From the human T2T-CHM13v2.0 reference genome, Homo sapiens, in assembly GCF_009914755.1 (NCBI RefSeq), contig NC_060941.1: a stretch of 64,000 nt of DNA; one strand, 5' to 3'. The translations under genes and the position numbers were made by a program. Each line of letters begins with the position of its first letter. Positions within the stretch are counted from its first letter, which is position 1. Below are positions 1-25,411 of this stretch, in pieces. The notes under the pieces were generated by a model that was not told where the DNA came from, did no database searches, and was given only the letters and a program-made list of their open reading frames with translations.

Positions 1-54
1 ACCTCCAGCCATCAGGTGGGGGATGTGGGGAAGGCACCCCTGCAGGAGCCTTAC

Positions 55-11174
<11,120 letters not shown>

Positions 11175-11500
11175 TCCTGGCCGGGGCACTGGCTACCCTG
11201 CACGCCTGAGCGCCTGCACGGCCAGCTTTGTCCAGCGAGCCACCCCCTGCCTGGGCAGCCCGTGTCGGTACAGCCTGGCTGATGAGTAAGGGGCAGGAGG
11301 AGGGGCTACCATGGCAACTTGTGGGATGAGCCCTGCCTCCTAGGGCACTGAGTCCCTGCTGCCAAGCCTACTGCCTCAGCCACTAGGGAGGACAGGTTCC
11401 TGGGAGTCACCCAGACCGCTGCCTGTTGTGTCTGGTCTCCCAGAGGGATTGGCAGTAAGGCCTCAGCAGGAGAAGGTCCAGGGCTGCCTGCAGTGGCTGT
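11175..11500 (-). promoter_or_regulatory. SLC47A2: SLC47A2 5'UTR and proximal promoter (no obvious TATA box)
   Basis: Immediately upstream of the start codon. Position -130 (11304) is G on the + strand, consistent with the known g.-130G>A variant site. The exact TSS is not determinable from sequence. Confidence 0.7.
11193..11312 (-). other. Upstream ORF, 39 aa (MVAPPPAPYSSARLYRHGLPRQGVARWTKLAVQALRRAG*), in frame with SLC47A2
   Basis: gccATGG at 11312; 39 stop-free codons; TAG at 11195-11193; 138 nt upstream of the main ATG. Translation not shown. Confidence 0.55.
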
Positions 11501-14279
11501 GGGAGGTGTGCTGAGGCCAGGACAGGGCAGCCTGGCTGGGGCAGCTGAGCCACTGGGCGTCCTGTACCCGGGCGTGATGGTGCCCACAGTGACTCCCGTT
11601 TTTCAGAAGAATTGGTGGCCTGCCCGAAGTCACAGAGCAGGTGGTGGCAGAGCCTGAACAGCCCTCAGCCCTGCTTTTCCCTGGGAGGGGTGGCTTCCCA
11701 AGAGACAGGGGCCTGGCAAACCCCATGGCAGTGCGGTCCCTAGCCTTTCATGCTGGAGGGGCCTGGGCCTGGGCCTGGGGATAGGGATGGGAGCTAGGAC
11801 ACCTCGGCGGAGTCCCAAGCCCCCCACTGCCCGTCACCCCTTTCAGCAGCATATCTGAGAGCCAGGGGTGGCAGTGCTTGGGAAAGCAGCTCACTATGCA
11901 CGCCAGTCACTGTGCCCAGCAAGGCTGTGACTCGACGTCCCACAGGGTCCTCTGTCACCTTCCCAAATTGCCCTCTCTGCTTTTCCTTGCAGGGATGGCC
12001 TGTGACTCCCCCCTCAACCTGCCTCAAGACCAGCAGGGCAGTGGGAACCAAGAGAGGCATCTAAGGATTGCACCGGTCACCTAGCCCAGTCCTGGATCAA
12101 GCTTTTGGGTGTGGTTCAGCCCAGGAGAAGGAGGAGTGAGCGAGGGGGGCAGGAAGACAGCAGGCAGGCTGGCCAGTGGCTGTGGGAGGGCTGAAGACAT
12201 CCCAAAGGCCCCACTTGGTTCCCATGTCCACCCCTGCAGCGGAGGAGTGGCCGGCAGGATTCCGAGATGCAGCCCCCAGAGCCGCGAGGAGGAAGGAGCA
12301 GACCCTGAAGGAGAGGAGGCAGGACAAATACAAAAAAAAAAAAAGGGTTTGCTACACCCATGGGCGGCCCCAAACACAGGCACAGCCCCACCCCAGTCAA
12401 CACGCAGCCTTCTTTTTTGACACAGAATTCTGAAACGCTCCACTGGATCCTCCCAGGATCACCTGGGAGGTCACATTCCTGCCCTTGTTCTGATGGTTCT
12501 TATCACAGCACTCTCCAACCTGTGCACCAAATAGTACCTTTACCACCTGCCTAGAGGAAAGAAGACATTTTATCACCATCGTGATTGTGATGATGACACC
12601 AAACAGGAGGAAGTACAGGTGAAAGCTACAGCCCTGCAGGCCAGGCTATTGCTAGTATGTCTGACTTCCCTCCTCCAACACCTTCTCCACGTCCTTCTCA
12701 CCTTTGGCCAGTTCTCATGGTCAGCCTACCTCTTCCAAAAGGGCAGCCGCAAATCCTCCTGCATCCAGGGGACCTGGGCCTGGGGTCTCTGTTATGTGAA
12801 ACCAGCTGCTTCCAGCTGACAGGGCCTCTGGGGAGAGCAGTCACCTGCTGGCCTTGGCCTGTCACCTCCTGTCGCAGCATTGCAGTGAGCCCTGCAGCCA
12901 GAAGCAATACTTCTTGGGAGCCCATGGCGATGGGGGTGTTCAGGGAGCCCACACGTGGAGGTATAGGCAGAAGAATCCATCTCACTCCAGGTCACTTTTA
13001 ATGAGGACAGCTGGTTCCCGTGCCCCCACCAAGCTGGAAGGTGTTCAGTGCAGACGCCCCGCCATCAGCTCGGTGACATCAGGCTTTATCCAGAGCTGAC
13101 CAGTGTTCAGCACTCAGCTGCACAGGACAAAGGTCGGGTCATCTTCCCGAGGGCCAGTCCTAGGCCGAGCATCTCCAAAATCCCTTCTCAGGAACATTCC
13201 CAGGATTTTTGTGATAGAAGCCAATGCATTCCTACATTTTCTTCGGGAAGACACTCTCCTCCTACACTCCTCTCAGAATTTCAATCCCCAGACCCCAGTG
13301 GGTTTGACCCTGGGGAGGAGCAAGGGCGATTACTGACTCCACTGCCATGCATTGGCCGCCCCAGGCAAAGGTGGTGCAGGCAGAGTGGGGGGTGGGGGGA
13401 AGCCACCTCCTCCAGGTGAGGGGTGTCAGAGCTCCGTGAGTCCTCCATAGTCTCCTGGCAATGCCTTCAGGCCCTCCTTTTGTGGTGGTAACTGCAGACT
13501 CAGCAGCACCGCCCTGCAGCCACCTGCAGACTCAGCTCCGAGTTGGGTTTTCCAGGATTCTGCCCCGGAACCTGAGATACTTTGAGCGGAGCTGCACATG
13601 GCCCCTGTGCGCCATCCTGTGGCTGGGGCGGGGGGAGCCTCCGAGACTTCAGCCTCTGCCCTCTCTCCAGAGCTTCCAATGCTGTCAGGAGCAACATGCC
13701 ACCCTTCAGTCCTGCATCTTCTGTGGTCTCAGATACTGCACACAACAGACGGATCAGCAGCTCACTCTCAGGAACAGGGCTGCCAATCCCCTAGAATATA
13801 CAAGCAAGTCCGGGCGATGCTGGACCCTTTCCCTTCTCAGCTGATCACTTGTTTCCAAGGCCCTTATTTCCTGGGGCACATGGCCTATGACATTCTCCCG
13901 ATGCCAGTTGCCGTGTCAGCCACGTTCTCTGATGGAAACAGTAGAAACGAACTGGGATCATGTCAGCAGATGGAAGAAGGGAGGAAGGGGGAGAGGAGAT
14001 CATTATTGCCAGGTGATACAGAAGAGGGCTGAGCCGCCAGCCTTGAGAAGGGAGACTCTGGACTCTCAGGGTGATTCAGGGAAAGGTGACTCAGCCCAAA
14101 CACCTTCAGTCCCAGAGGCAAATTCCTGGAAGACTGGGGCAAGAGCCAACCTGAACAAGAATGGAGGTGGAAAGGGTGGGAAGGAGGGAAGCTGTGAGCT
14201 ACCTGAAGTGGGGCAGGGGGCCCCCCAGAGGATGGGATGCTATGAAAGTGAAAACATGGCTACACACCCTGCCTCATTT

Positions 14280-15055
14280 ATCTATTACCAGCCCCCCCAA
14301 AATTGGTGTCTTAAAACCATTATCATCTGTGTCATGAGTCTGTGCGGCGAGTTGGGTGGTCCTTCTGCCTCCCCTAGTCTAGCTGTGTCTGCAGTCACCG
14401 GGGACTGGCCCAGGCTGGCCAGTCTTCCAGGCTCATGTCCAGGCCGCGGTGGGTGCCTGCTATCAGCTGAGACTGTCAGTCGGAGCATCTCCACCTCCCC
14501 TCATAGGACCTCCTCATGCACCACGGGCATCTCAGCATAAAGTGACCTCCCCGTGCACCACAGGCATCTCAGCATGGAGCGACCTCCCAACGCACCATGG
14601 ACATCTCAGCATAGAGTGACCTCCCCACGCACCATGGGCATCTCAGCATGGAGCGACCTCCCCGCGCACCACAGGCATCTCAGTATAGAGTGACCTCCCC
14701 ACGCACCACGGGCATCTCAGCATAGAGTGACCTCCCCATGCACCACGGGTATCTCAGCATGGAGCGACCTCCCCGTGCACCACGGGCATCTCAGCATGGA
14801 GTGACCTCCCCACGCACCACGGGCATCTCAGCATGGAGTGACCTCCCCGTGCACCACGGGCATCTCAGCATGGAGCTGGAACAGAAGACAGGACATTCGA
14901 TGGTGCAAGTGGAAGCTGCATACAGGTCAAGAGCCAGCCTGGGAGGTCCCCATGCCCCTCTGCCTCATCCTGTTGACCACAGCTAATCATGGACTCGCCC
15001 AAATTTCACAGGAGAGGGAACAGCCTCCACTTCTAGGTGGGAGTGGCCGAGAGGC
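14280..15055 (-). mobile_element. MaLR LTR (MLT1-type) hosting the 37-bp VNTR
   Basis: Flanks resemble antisense MLT1 (cctcatcctgttgaccacagctaatcatggactcgcccaaattt...gggaacagcctccacttct). Confidence 0.6.
14507..14876. repeat. Minisatellite/VNTR, 37-bp unit x ~10 (GACCTCCCCRYGCACCACGGGCATCTCAGCATRGAGY)
   Basis: GACCTCC recurs at 14507, 14544, 14581, 14618 ... 14840, with an exact period of 37. Confidence 0.95.
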
Positions 15056-16219
15056 CATGCCTTTAACCAGCACTCTCCTCTTCCTCCTTTCTATTCCTCC
15101 CTCTCCATTCTCTCTTCTGCTCTCTCTTGTGCCACCCGCTGTCCACACTTGGCCCCGAGCAAGGGCAAGCAGATAAAGACCCCTGAGGTCAGTGATGAGA
15201 GGACTCACGCATATCGAGGACCTCTTTGGGGAAGGAGGACCCAAAGCTACAAAATCCTAGGAATGGCAGGAGGCACGGGGAGAGGCAAGGGAGTGGAGAG
15301 TCCTGGCAAGCCCCCAGCACACACCCTGGGATTAGGGAGGCTCCCAGCCAGCAAGAGGAAGCTTGACCCAGGGGGAGCTGCTCCCCCAGCCCCAGCAGCC
15401 TCGCTGAGGCAGAGCCAAGAGGCATGTGGGCATGCCAGGAAGTCCCCCTCACTTGAGGGCTCAGCTCCTGCAGGCTCGGAGCCTGCTGGGGGCAAGGGCC
15501 AGGTCCTTGGGCCCTGCCTTCACGTGACTAATTTCCTGGAGTCCTGCCAAGTACAGTCTGGGTCCAGGGCCTCTGTTAACCTTTTCTCACTTGGTTACAC
15601 CTCACTGGGCCCAAAGGTGTTGCATTTGCCCTTTGGCTCCCAGAGACATGCACCACAAGGGCTGTGGACCAATGTCCTTTCCTCTAACCCCTCTCCGCTG
15701 CCTCCTGACTGCAAAACACCCATTTCTCCCTTGGGAGGGTGGGGACTCTGGCTGATGGCTCAGCCCCACATTCAGGGCAAAGGACAGTTGGGGAGGATTG
15801 AGCTGTCCGCCCCCTGCCTCGTCCCCCAGGTCTCCCACCAGACAGTGACCAACAACTGCTAAATCCCTGAGGCGCCCCTCCTCCACTCCTCCTCAACTGT
15901 CTCATAGATTTTGGCAGCTGCCTCTCTCTCTCTGCCTCCACCTAGTACCCTCTCCCTCCATCCCTCACCCCTTCCTATCTTCCTCTCTCCCTCCTCCCGC
16001 AAGGTCTCCCTGGGCACCTTCCAGGCCCAGGTGCTGCACCCCTAGAAATGACCAGGGCTCAGTCCCTGAGCTGACATCACCCCTCCCAATCCTGCAGGCC
16101 AGGGGAGAGACAGAGCCAGCTGGCAAAGCCCTCAGCAAGTGGCGGCAAGACCCCCAGAAGACACTGCCAAGTGCTGGAAGATGGTGGGCCTTTCCATCTG
16201 GAGAAAAGCTACGATAAAT

Positions 16220-17305
16220 AAAAATAAATATTACTCATCAATAAAAAGAAATGAGCTATCAAGCCACAAAAAGATATGGAGCAACCTCAAATGCATATTG
16301 CTAATCTAATTGGAAGAAGCCAGTCTGAAAAGGCTGCATACTGTACAATTCCAACTCTATGATATTCTGCAAAAGGCAAAACTATAGAAACAGTAAGATC
16401 AGTGGTTGCTGTGGGGGTTCGGGATGAACAGGTGGAGCACAGAGGAGTTTTAGGGCAGAGACACTATTCTGTAGGATCCTGTAATGGTGGATACCTCGCA
16501 TTATTTCTGCAAACCCATAGGATGTACAACACCACTAGTGAACTCTAATGTAAATTATGGACTTTAGTTCATAATAGTGTGTCAATACTTGTTAATCAGT
16601 GGTAACAAACGTACTACTATCCTCATGCAAGATGTCAATGGGGAAACTGGTGGGGAGGTGGGGGTGGAGGTCACGAGGTCACTGCAAACTCTGTTCTTTC
16701 TGTGCAATTCTGTAAATGTAAACCTCTAAAACAGAAAGTCTATTTTTTAAAATGGTACACAAAATAATAACAACGGGGCATTTCTTGAGATCTCTAGGGA
16801 ACATGTCCCCCTCTTGCCCATGCATTTCATGTTGGATCCAGAATGCAGCAGCAGCACTTTTCACAGTTGCCAAAAACTGTGGCAAGCTCAAATGTCCATG
16901 CACTGATGAAAGGAATCGCAAGATGTGGAATATCCAATAATGGAATATTATTCAGCCATAAAAAGAAATGCAGTATTGATCCACTAAAAACATGGATGAA
17001 CTTTGAAAACATGATGCTATGTGAAAGCAGCCAATCACAAAAGGTCAGAAAGTGTGTGATTCCATTTCTATGAAATGTCCAGAATAGGCAAATCCATAGA
17101 GACAGAGAGTAGACGAGTGATTTCCAGAGGCTGGCAGAGAGCGGGCAGCGGGGGGTGCGGGGCACATAGGGTGACAGCTAAGCGGATATGGGGTTTCTCT
17201 GGGGGGTCATGAAAATGTTCTAAAATTGATTGTGATGCTGGTTGCACATCTCTGTGAATCTACTAAAAGCCATTGAATTGTATACTTTAAAAAGGTGCAT
17301 ATGGC
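16220..17305 (+). mobile_element. Old L1 3' ends (L1MC-like ~16220-16750; L1MB-like ~16845-17305)
   Basis: Typical L1M 3'UTR motifs (gaagccagtctgaaaaggctgcatactg; catggatgaactttgaaaacatgatgct). Confidence 0.75.
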
Positions 17306-17613
17306 GGCCGGGCACAGTGGCTCACACCTGTAATCCCAGCATTTTGGGAGGCCGAGGCGGGCGGATCACGAGGTCAGGAGATCCAGACCATCCTGGCTAA
17401 CACCGTGAAACCCCGTCTCTACTAAAAATACAAAAAAAAAAAAAAAAAATTAGCCGGGTGTGGTGGTGGGCGCCTGTAGTCCCAGCTACTCGGGAGGCTG
17501 AGGCAGGAGAATGGCATGAACCTGGGAGGCAGAGAGCTTGCAGCGAGCCGAGATCGTGCTACTGCACTCCAGCCTGGGCGACAGAGTGAGACTCTGTCTC
17601 AAAAAAAAAAAAA
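17306..17613 (+). mobile_element. AluY inserted in an L1MB 3' end; TSD AAAAAGGTGCATATGGC
   Basis: AluY-type ACCATCCTGGCTAACAC and GAGCTTGCAG; direct repeats on both sides. Confidence 0.88.
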
Positions 17614-18161
17614 GGTGCATATGGCATGTGACTTTTATCTGAATGAAGCTATTTATAGGTGTGGGGGGAGGGATGCTGTAAGCTCTTTACACACCAAGGT
17701 TATATATATGTTGGGACGGTGAAGAATTGCATGTGCAAAGATAGATTTTTACATTTTGGGAAAATGTATAAAAGAGGCTGGAGGCTCACCTGCAAGGCGG
17801 CCAGGATAGTGGCAAGAGAGGTTGTCCGTTCAGCCTTGTCATATTTGTGGGGAGCTGCCACCCCAAGCCCTGGGCCCTGGCAAATTTCCAGCAGGAGTCC
17901 CAGAGCCTGAACATTGCGCTGAAAGAAACTCCATTGCCTCATCCAAATGAGGGCCTGAGAGCTCTGGCAGCAACCCTGGGTGGCAAATTTGGGTTTAAAC
18001 CAGTTGCACTTTATCATCACTTAGGAAGCTTTCGCCCCTCCTCAAAAAAAAAAAAAAAAAAGAAAGAAAAAAGAAAAAAGAAAAAACCGCTATCCAGGGC
18101 CCGCCCCAGACATTCTGATCGGAAATTGGCCCAGACAGCTGGGGTTTTTTTGCCTGATTTC

Positions 18162-18470
<309 letters not shown>

Positions 18471-19189
18471 GCCTGATTTCTTTAACTTCTTATTGAAGTA
18501 TATCATTTATACAGAAAACTGTGCACGTGTACACCTCCTTGGATTTTCATAAAATAAATGCACTTGAGTAACCAGCAGACAGATCAAGAAACAGAACTTT
18601 GGTGGCTTCCAAGCCCCCTGGTTTCCCCTTCCAGTCACTGTCCCTTACCAAGGGTAGCCACTGCTTTGACTTTGGGCACCAGAGAATCATTTGCCAGGCA
18701 TTCTTCTAAACCTCCCTCTCTGATGTGCAGCTGGCGCTGAGAGCCACAGGTCTGGACACATTCACCCTGGGGCTAGGGCAGGGCCCAGCTTCTCAGCATG
18801 TTGCTGCCAGACTTGATCCCAATTAGTGTCCTTGGCAAAGATGGAGGGGTGCAGTGCCATTGTGCTCAATGGTTACTTCTCAAATTAAAAGGTGCATGTC
18901 CTGACTCTCCTAGGACTGCCTGATATGGGTGGGCTACTGAGCCTGGCTACTGTTGGCTCTACACCTATTTGTCCCTGAGGTTACCCTTCCAGGCACTGGC
19001 AGGGCTGTCAGGTCTCAGTGACTTGATACTGCTTATCCCCGCCATCCCCTCCCAACTTGGTCAGCCCTCGCCAAGGGGAGGATTCGGGGTCTGTGAAGCC
19101 AGCCCAGGTGCGGTCCAGGGAGCAGGCGCTGGGGACTTGGGTGCCCAGCCGCAGGGATCCCTCTTAACTCCACTGTCCTCATCGGGCGG

Positions 19190-19620
19190 AGACCGGCTGG
19201 CATGAAACACCGGGCTTTTTGAGGTCAAAGCGAGGCTTCGCCCACGCACGTGACACCGCCAGGGCGCGCAAACAGGAAGCCCGAGCCCGGGCTGCAGGCG
19301 TTGGCACCGCAGCACTCGACTGGCCTCTCTCTAACCGCAGGTCCTAACTCAGAGCAGCCTCCGGCGCGGGTGGCGCGGATACCGAGGCCTGCGGGGGACA
19401 TCCGCCGCCTGGAACGCCCCGCCCGGTCAGCCAGCCCCTCAGGGGCGGCGAGCGCGCCCACCCGCTCCCCGTGGACCCTGCCCTCGGGGGCTGCACAGGT
19501 CTCCCCAGGACGCGTGGCCCCCACACTGGACCCCCGGACAGGCCCTGCCCACGGCCTGGAAGGCGTGGTCCTGTGTGCCACGTGACAGCCTCCGCGCGGG
19601 CCGCAGGGGGTTGGACACCT
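19190..19620. promoter_or_regulatory. Orphan intergenic CpG island with two CACGTGAC E-boxes and an ETS motif
   Basis: CpG-dense non-repeat sequence; CACGTGAC at 19247 and 19579; CAGGAAG at ~19273. Confidence 0.7.
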
Positions 19621-20129
19621 CTCCCAGGATGGACCAATCTTTTTTTTTTTTTTTCAAGTTGAGACGGTTTGAATGGCATCTGTTCCTCCTAACCCGTGAC
19701 CCCTGACTGACTGTGTGAGGCCTGTCGGGAGGTCTCCACTTCAGCTATCTCCCCATCCACAACCTCACTGTCTTCATACTGACCCCACTGAACAAAGCCT
19801 GGCTTTACCATCCTTCCTCGTGGGCCTTGCTAGGAGGCAGACCCCTAGCCTGAGGGCCAGGGGGGCTTCCAGACCACCCAGCAGGCCATTTCTTGACCCA
19901 TCAGACCTATGTTAGCCTGCGGGGAAAGAGGACATCCCCACCTGCTCCTCATACCTGCACGCCCTTCGTGAGGTTGTTTGTTTAACCCAACTGGAATGAG
20001 AGAAAGGAAATACATAATTTAAGCTCACTTCAGATAGACTTGGATTACATTCTGATTCTGCCACTTTTTCGTTGTGTTGACCTTGGGCGAGTCATTTACT
20101 CTCTTTAGTTTGTTCCTTCCTTGTAATAA

Positions 20130-20990
<861 letters not shown>

Positions 20991-23520
20991 TACAAATAAA
21001 AACAAACCTGACATACAGTATTGGTACAAGAAGGAGATAGGCTAACATAGATGTAAGTGTCTGGAACCTAGTAGACATTTATCCAATGTTATGGTCCTTT
21101 TTTCTTTCATGCTAAAATTCTGGGTCCTTGGCTCCTGATGTCTTAAAGACATAGACTAGATGAAACTCATTTGTAAGTAGCCCAGACATTACTTATATAT
21201 CAATGAACACTGTAAAAGTTCTCAGGTTTCTTTTCTTAAGTAGGTTAAATAATCTGCATAACACATTTTGTTACATAACAAATATTTTTGAAGAAGGAGT
21301 AAGAGGAGGAGAACGAGGAGGAGGGGGGGGAGAAGGAGAAGATGACTCCTTTGGCTTGGAAAGAAAACTTTGGCTTGGCGTTTAGCATTTTCATTTCTAC
21401 AAATTCCCCACAGAATACGTCTGAATGGTGTGTAGGAGTGTATGTGATGATGTAATGATATATGTAGGAATCGGAGCCTCCATTATGTGCTAATTGTGCA
21501 GCACGAGACACATCTCATTTAATCTCATTTAATGCCAACCTTTTCAGGCAGATATACTTATTCCCATTTTACAAATGACAGGATTGAAGCTCAGAGAAAG
21601 AAAGTACTTGCCCAAGGTCACACTGCTAGAAAGTGGCAGACTCAGAATATGAGGCTGAGTCTGTCTCCTATCCAAGTGCACATCCTTTCTACTTCATCTG
21701 GGATGACAGATAGCTTTTCTCCAGCCTGCCAGTTCTACTCTGTTGTACTGCATTGCTATATTGTGAATTCAGCGGATTCAGCAAAGCAAACAAGAGTGCG
21801 GTGATCAACTTGTAATGTCTGCCATGGACACTGGATAGAGGAGTAACAGTATGTGTGCTTATGGAAAAACCTCTCCAACTTACATCATAGTGAGCACAGG
21901 TTTAGGAGCAGAACTAGAAAGAAAATATTTTTTTCTGTCTGTCTAGCAACTGTTGGCCTGAAAAAGAACTCAGTGTCAGAATGGTCAGGAAGGCCCAGCC
22001 TTCCTACTGTCAGGGTGTCTAGCCGGGGCTAGGTCTCTCTGTCCTCACCCCTTTGCCTTCCCAAGGTAGGGAAGGTGTAGAAAATCCAGTTGGGAATTTC
22101 TGGTAGAAACTTCTACTCCTGGTGCCAATTTCTACCAGTCAGCTACCCTGTAAACTTCTATCAGGCATACAAGCCTTGGGAAACAGAGAGCTGTTGTCTT
22201 GCTCAAGCACAAGTTACCAGCAACAAACATTTGTTTCCCAGCAGATCACATGAGGACTTGTGAGATCATGTCTGGCCCTGGCTCAAATAGAAGATGTTCC
22301 ATTAAAGCAGTTCCCGGGGACCAGGCCTAGGCAACTTTCCTAGGATGGGCAAGGCAGTTGTTCGGGAAGCTTGGCACCTGCACAGCCCCATTGTCATGTG
22401 AGGAAACGAAGGGTGTGAGCTTTCCCCCACCTGTCCACTTAGAAGCGTGGGTCAAAGCAGAGAAGAGGGGATATCTCCTTCCCATCTGCCCTTGTCCTCC
22501 CACCCCACCCAGGCTGAGGTGCCTCCTACTCCTCCTGCTCTGCTAAGAGGCTGAGATCTGTCTGAGCTGTTGGCAGAACCCTAGAAAGTGCTCCCAGGTC
22601 ATCCCAGGCCTCCCAGAGGCAGGGTCTGGCAGGGTGGAGAGCTGCCATCATGGCAGAGAACTGCAGCATCAGGCAGGGAAACCAAGGCAGGGCCCAATGG
22701 GTGTGGGTGAAAGCTGCACATCCAGAAGTACACGGCTTCCCCCAGGCACCGCAGATCCTGGCCCTGAACGACAAGAGTGCCTGACCTCACGATTGCCAGC
22801 AGCTGCCTGTCCTGCAAGGCCTGGCCCTGTGCCAGGGCAGCTGCTTTGCGTGTGGCTGCCTCTCCTGCCCAAACAATTTCTGTTGCCTTTAGGAATGAAG
22901 GAGCTCAGGCCAAGCCCAGTTGGTGTTTTCAAAATTTCCTGTAAACAAAGGAAAAGATGAAGCTTATATAACACCCTTGGCTGGAGAATCAGCGGCTGCT
23001 TGGCATAGCTGAGAGAGAGGCCTGGGCGCAGACAGTGGTGTGTCCAGGCAGGCAGGGGCCTGGGTCATCCCTCTCAGGACTATTCTTTCTGAACCTTCTG
23101 CAAACTCTCCAGTGACCTCTGGGGCCCATTTCAGAGGTCTGAGCAGCTCAGGCTTGGAGAACCACAGAGCTAGAAGGAAAAAGTATTGGAAATAATAAGA
23201 ACTAATATTCATTAGCCCCCGATTAGGCGCAAGTGCTTTACCTGCACAATCTCATTTAATCCACACCAACCCTAGGAGGCAAACACTGAGGTAACCAATT
23301 AGTAGCTGAAAGATAGGCCCGGGGGTGGGCCAGCCACCCACGTTCACATGGTTGGGTATGATCGATCACTTGGCCCTCAGCTTCCCTTCCACCTCCTGCT
23401 CACAGCTCTCTATGCAGCAGCAGCTAAAACCCACATTTCCCAGACTCCCCTGGGGCAGGGTTCCAGGGAAGAATGAAGTTCTGCACTTCAGATGCACTTG
23501 TGTGAGAGTTGGCTGCTTCG

Positions 23521-23898
<378 letters not shown>

Positions 23899-23978
23899 TC
23901 AAGAAGCAGTTACAGTGGTGATGGCAGTGCCAGCTTCCCAGTCCCAGCTTCCCTTGGATTGAGCCCATGACAGGAAGG

Positions 23979-24272
<294 letters not shown>

Positions 24273-24745
24273 GACAGGGAGTTCTTGACTTTCACAGTTG
24301 CAGGGTGGCCTCAGGTGGGTGGTGTGTGTGCGCAGGGATCTGCACAAAGACTGGCGTTGCGCGGGTGTCTACAGTCTGGAGGCCCTGCTGACGCCCTGCA
24401 GTCCTGGGGAGGAAGAGACTTGGAGGGAGGAGGTGCTGGGAGGTCTAAGCAGAAGTCTCAGGAGAACAAGCCCGCCCTGTTCAGGAGACACTGGAACAAG
24501 GAGTACACCAAGCGGTAAGAGGAGGAGAGATAAGAGGCTCTCAGATGTAAGTAATGGGAAATGCTTCAAAATGGCAAAATGGCTTGAGGAAAAGAAAATT
24601 TGTTAAAGGGAAGGCAGCTCCAGCAGCTCATTCACATCCCAGAGCAGCCCAGGGGCATCATCTCCCTACTAAGCCGGTCTCAGCCCGCCGGCCTCGCCTC
24701 AGGGCTGTCCTCATGGCCACAAGATGGCTGTGCATTCCAAGTTCA

Positions 24746-25411
<666 letters not shown>

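Noticed and set aside
13887-14540. 217-aa ATG-initiated plus-strand ORF divergent from SLC47A2
   Set aside because: Weak Kozak context, no recognisable homology, and the C-terminal part lies in the MLT1 LTR/VNTR; at most a lncRNA ORF.
14507-14876. CRISPR-like appearance of regularly spaced 37-bp repeats
   Set aside because: Units are contiguous with no unique spacers, there are no cas genes, and this is human DNA; it is a minisatellite.
18043-18086. Orphan polyA tract suggesting a truncated retroposon
   Set aside because: No TSD; the flanks resemble the two sides of a MER5-type element, so it is better explained as expansion of an internal A-run.
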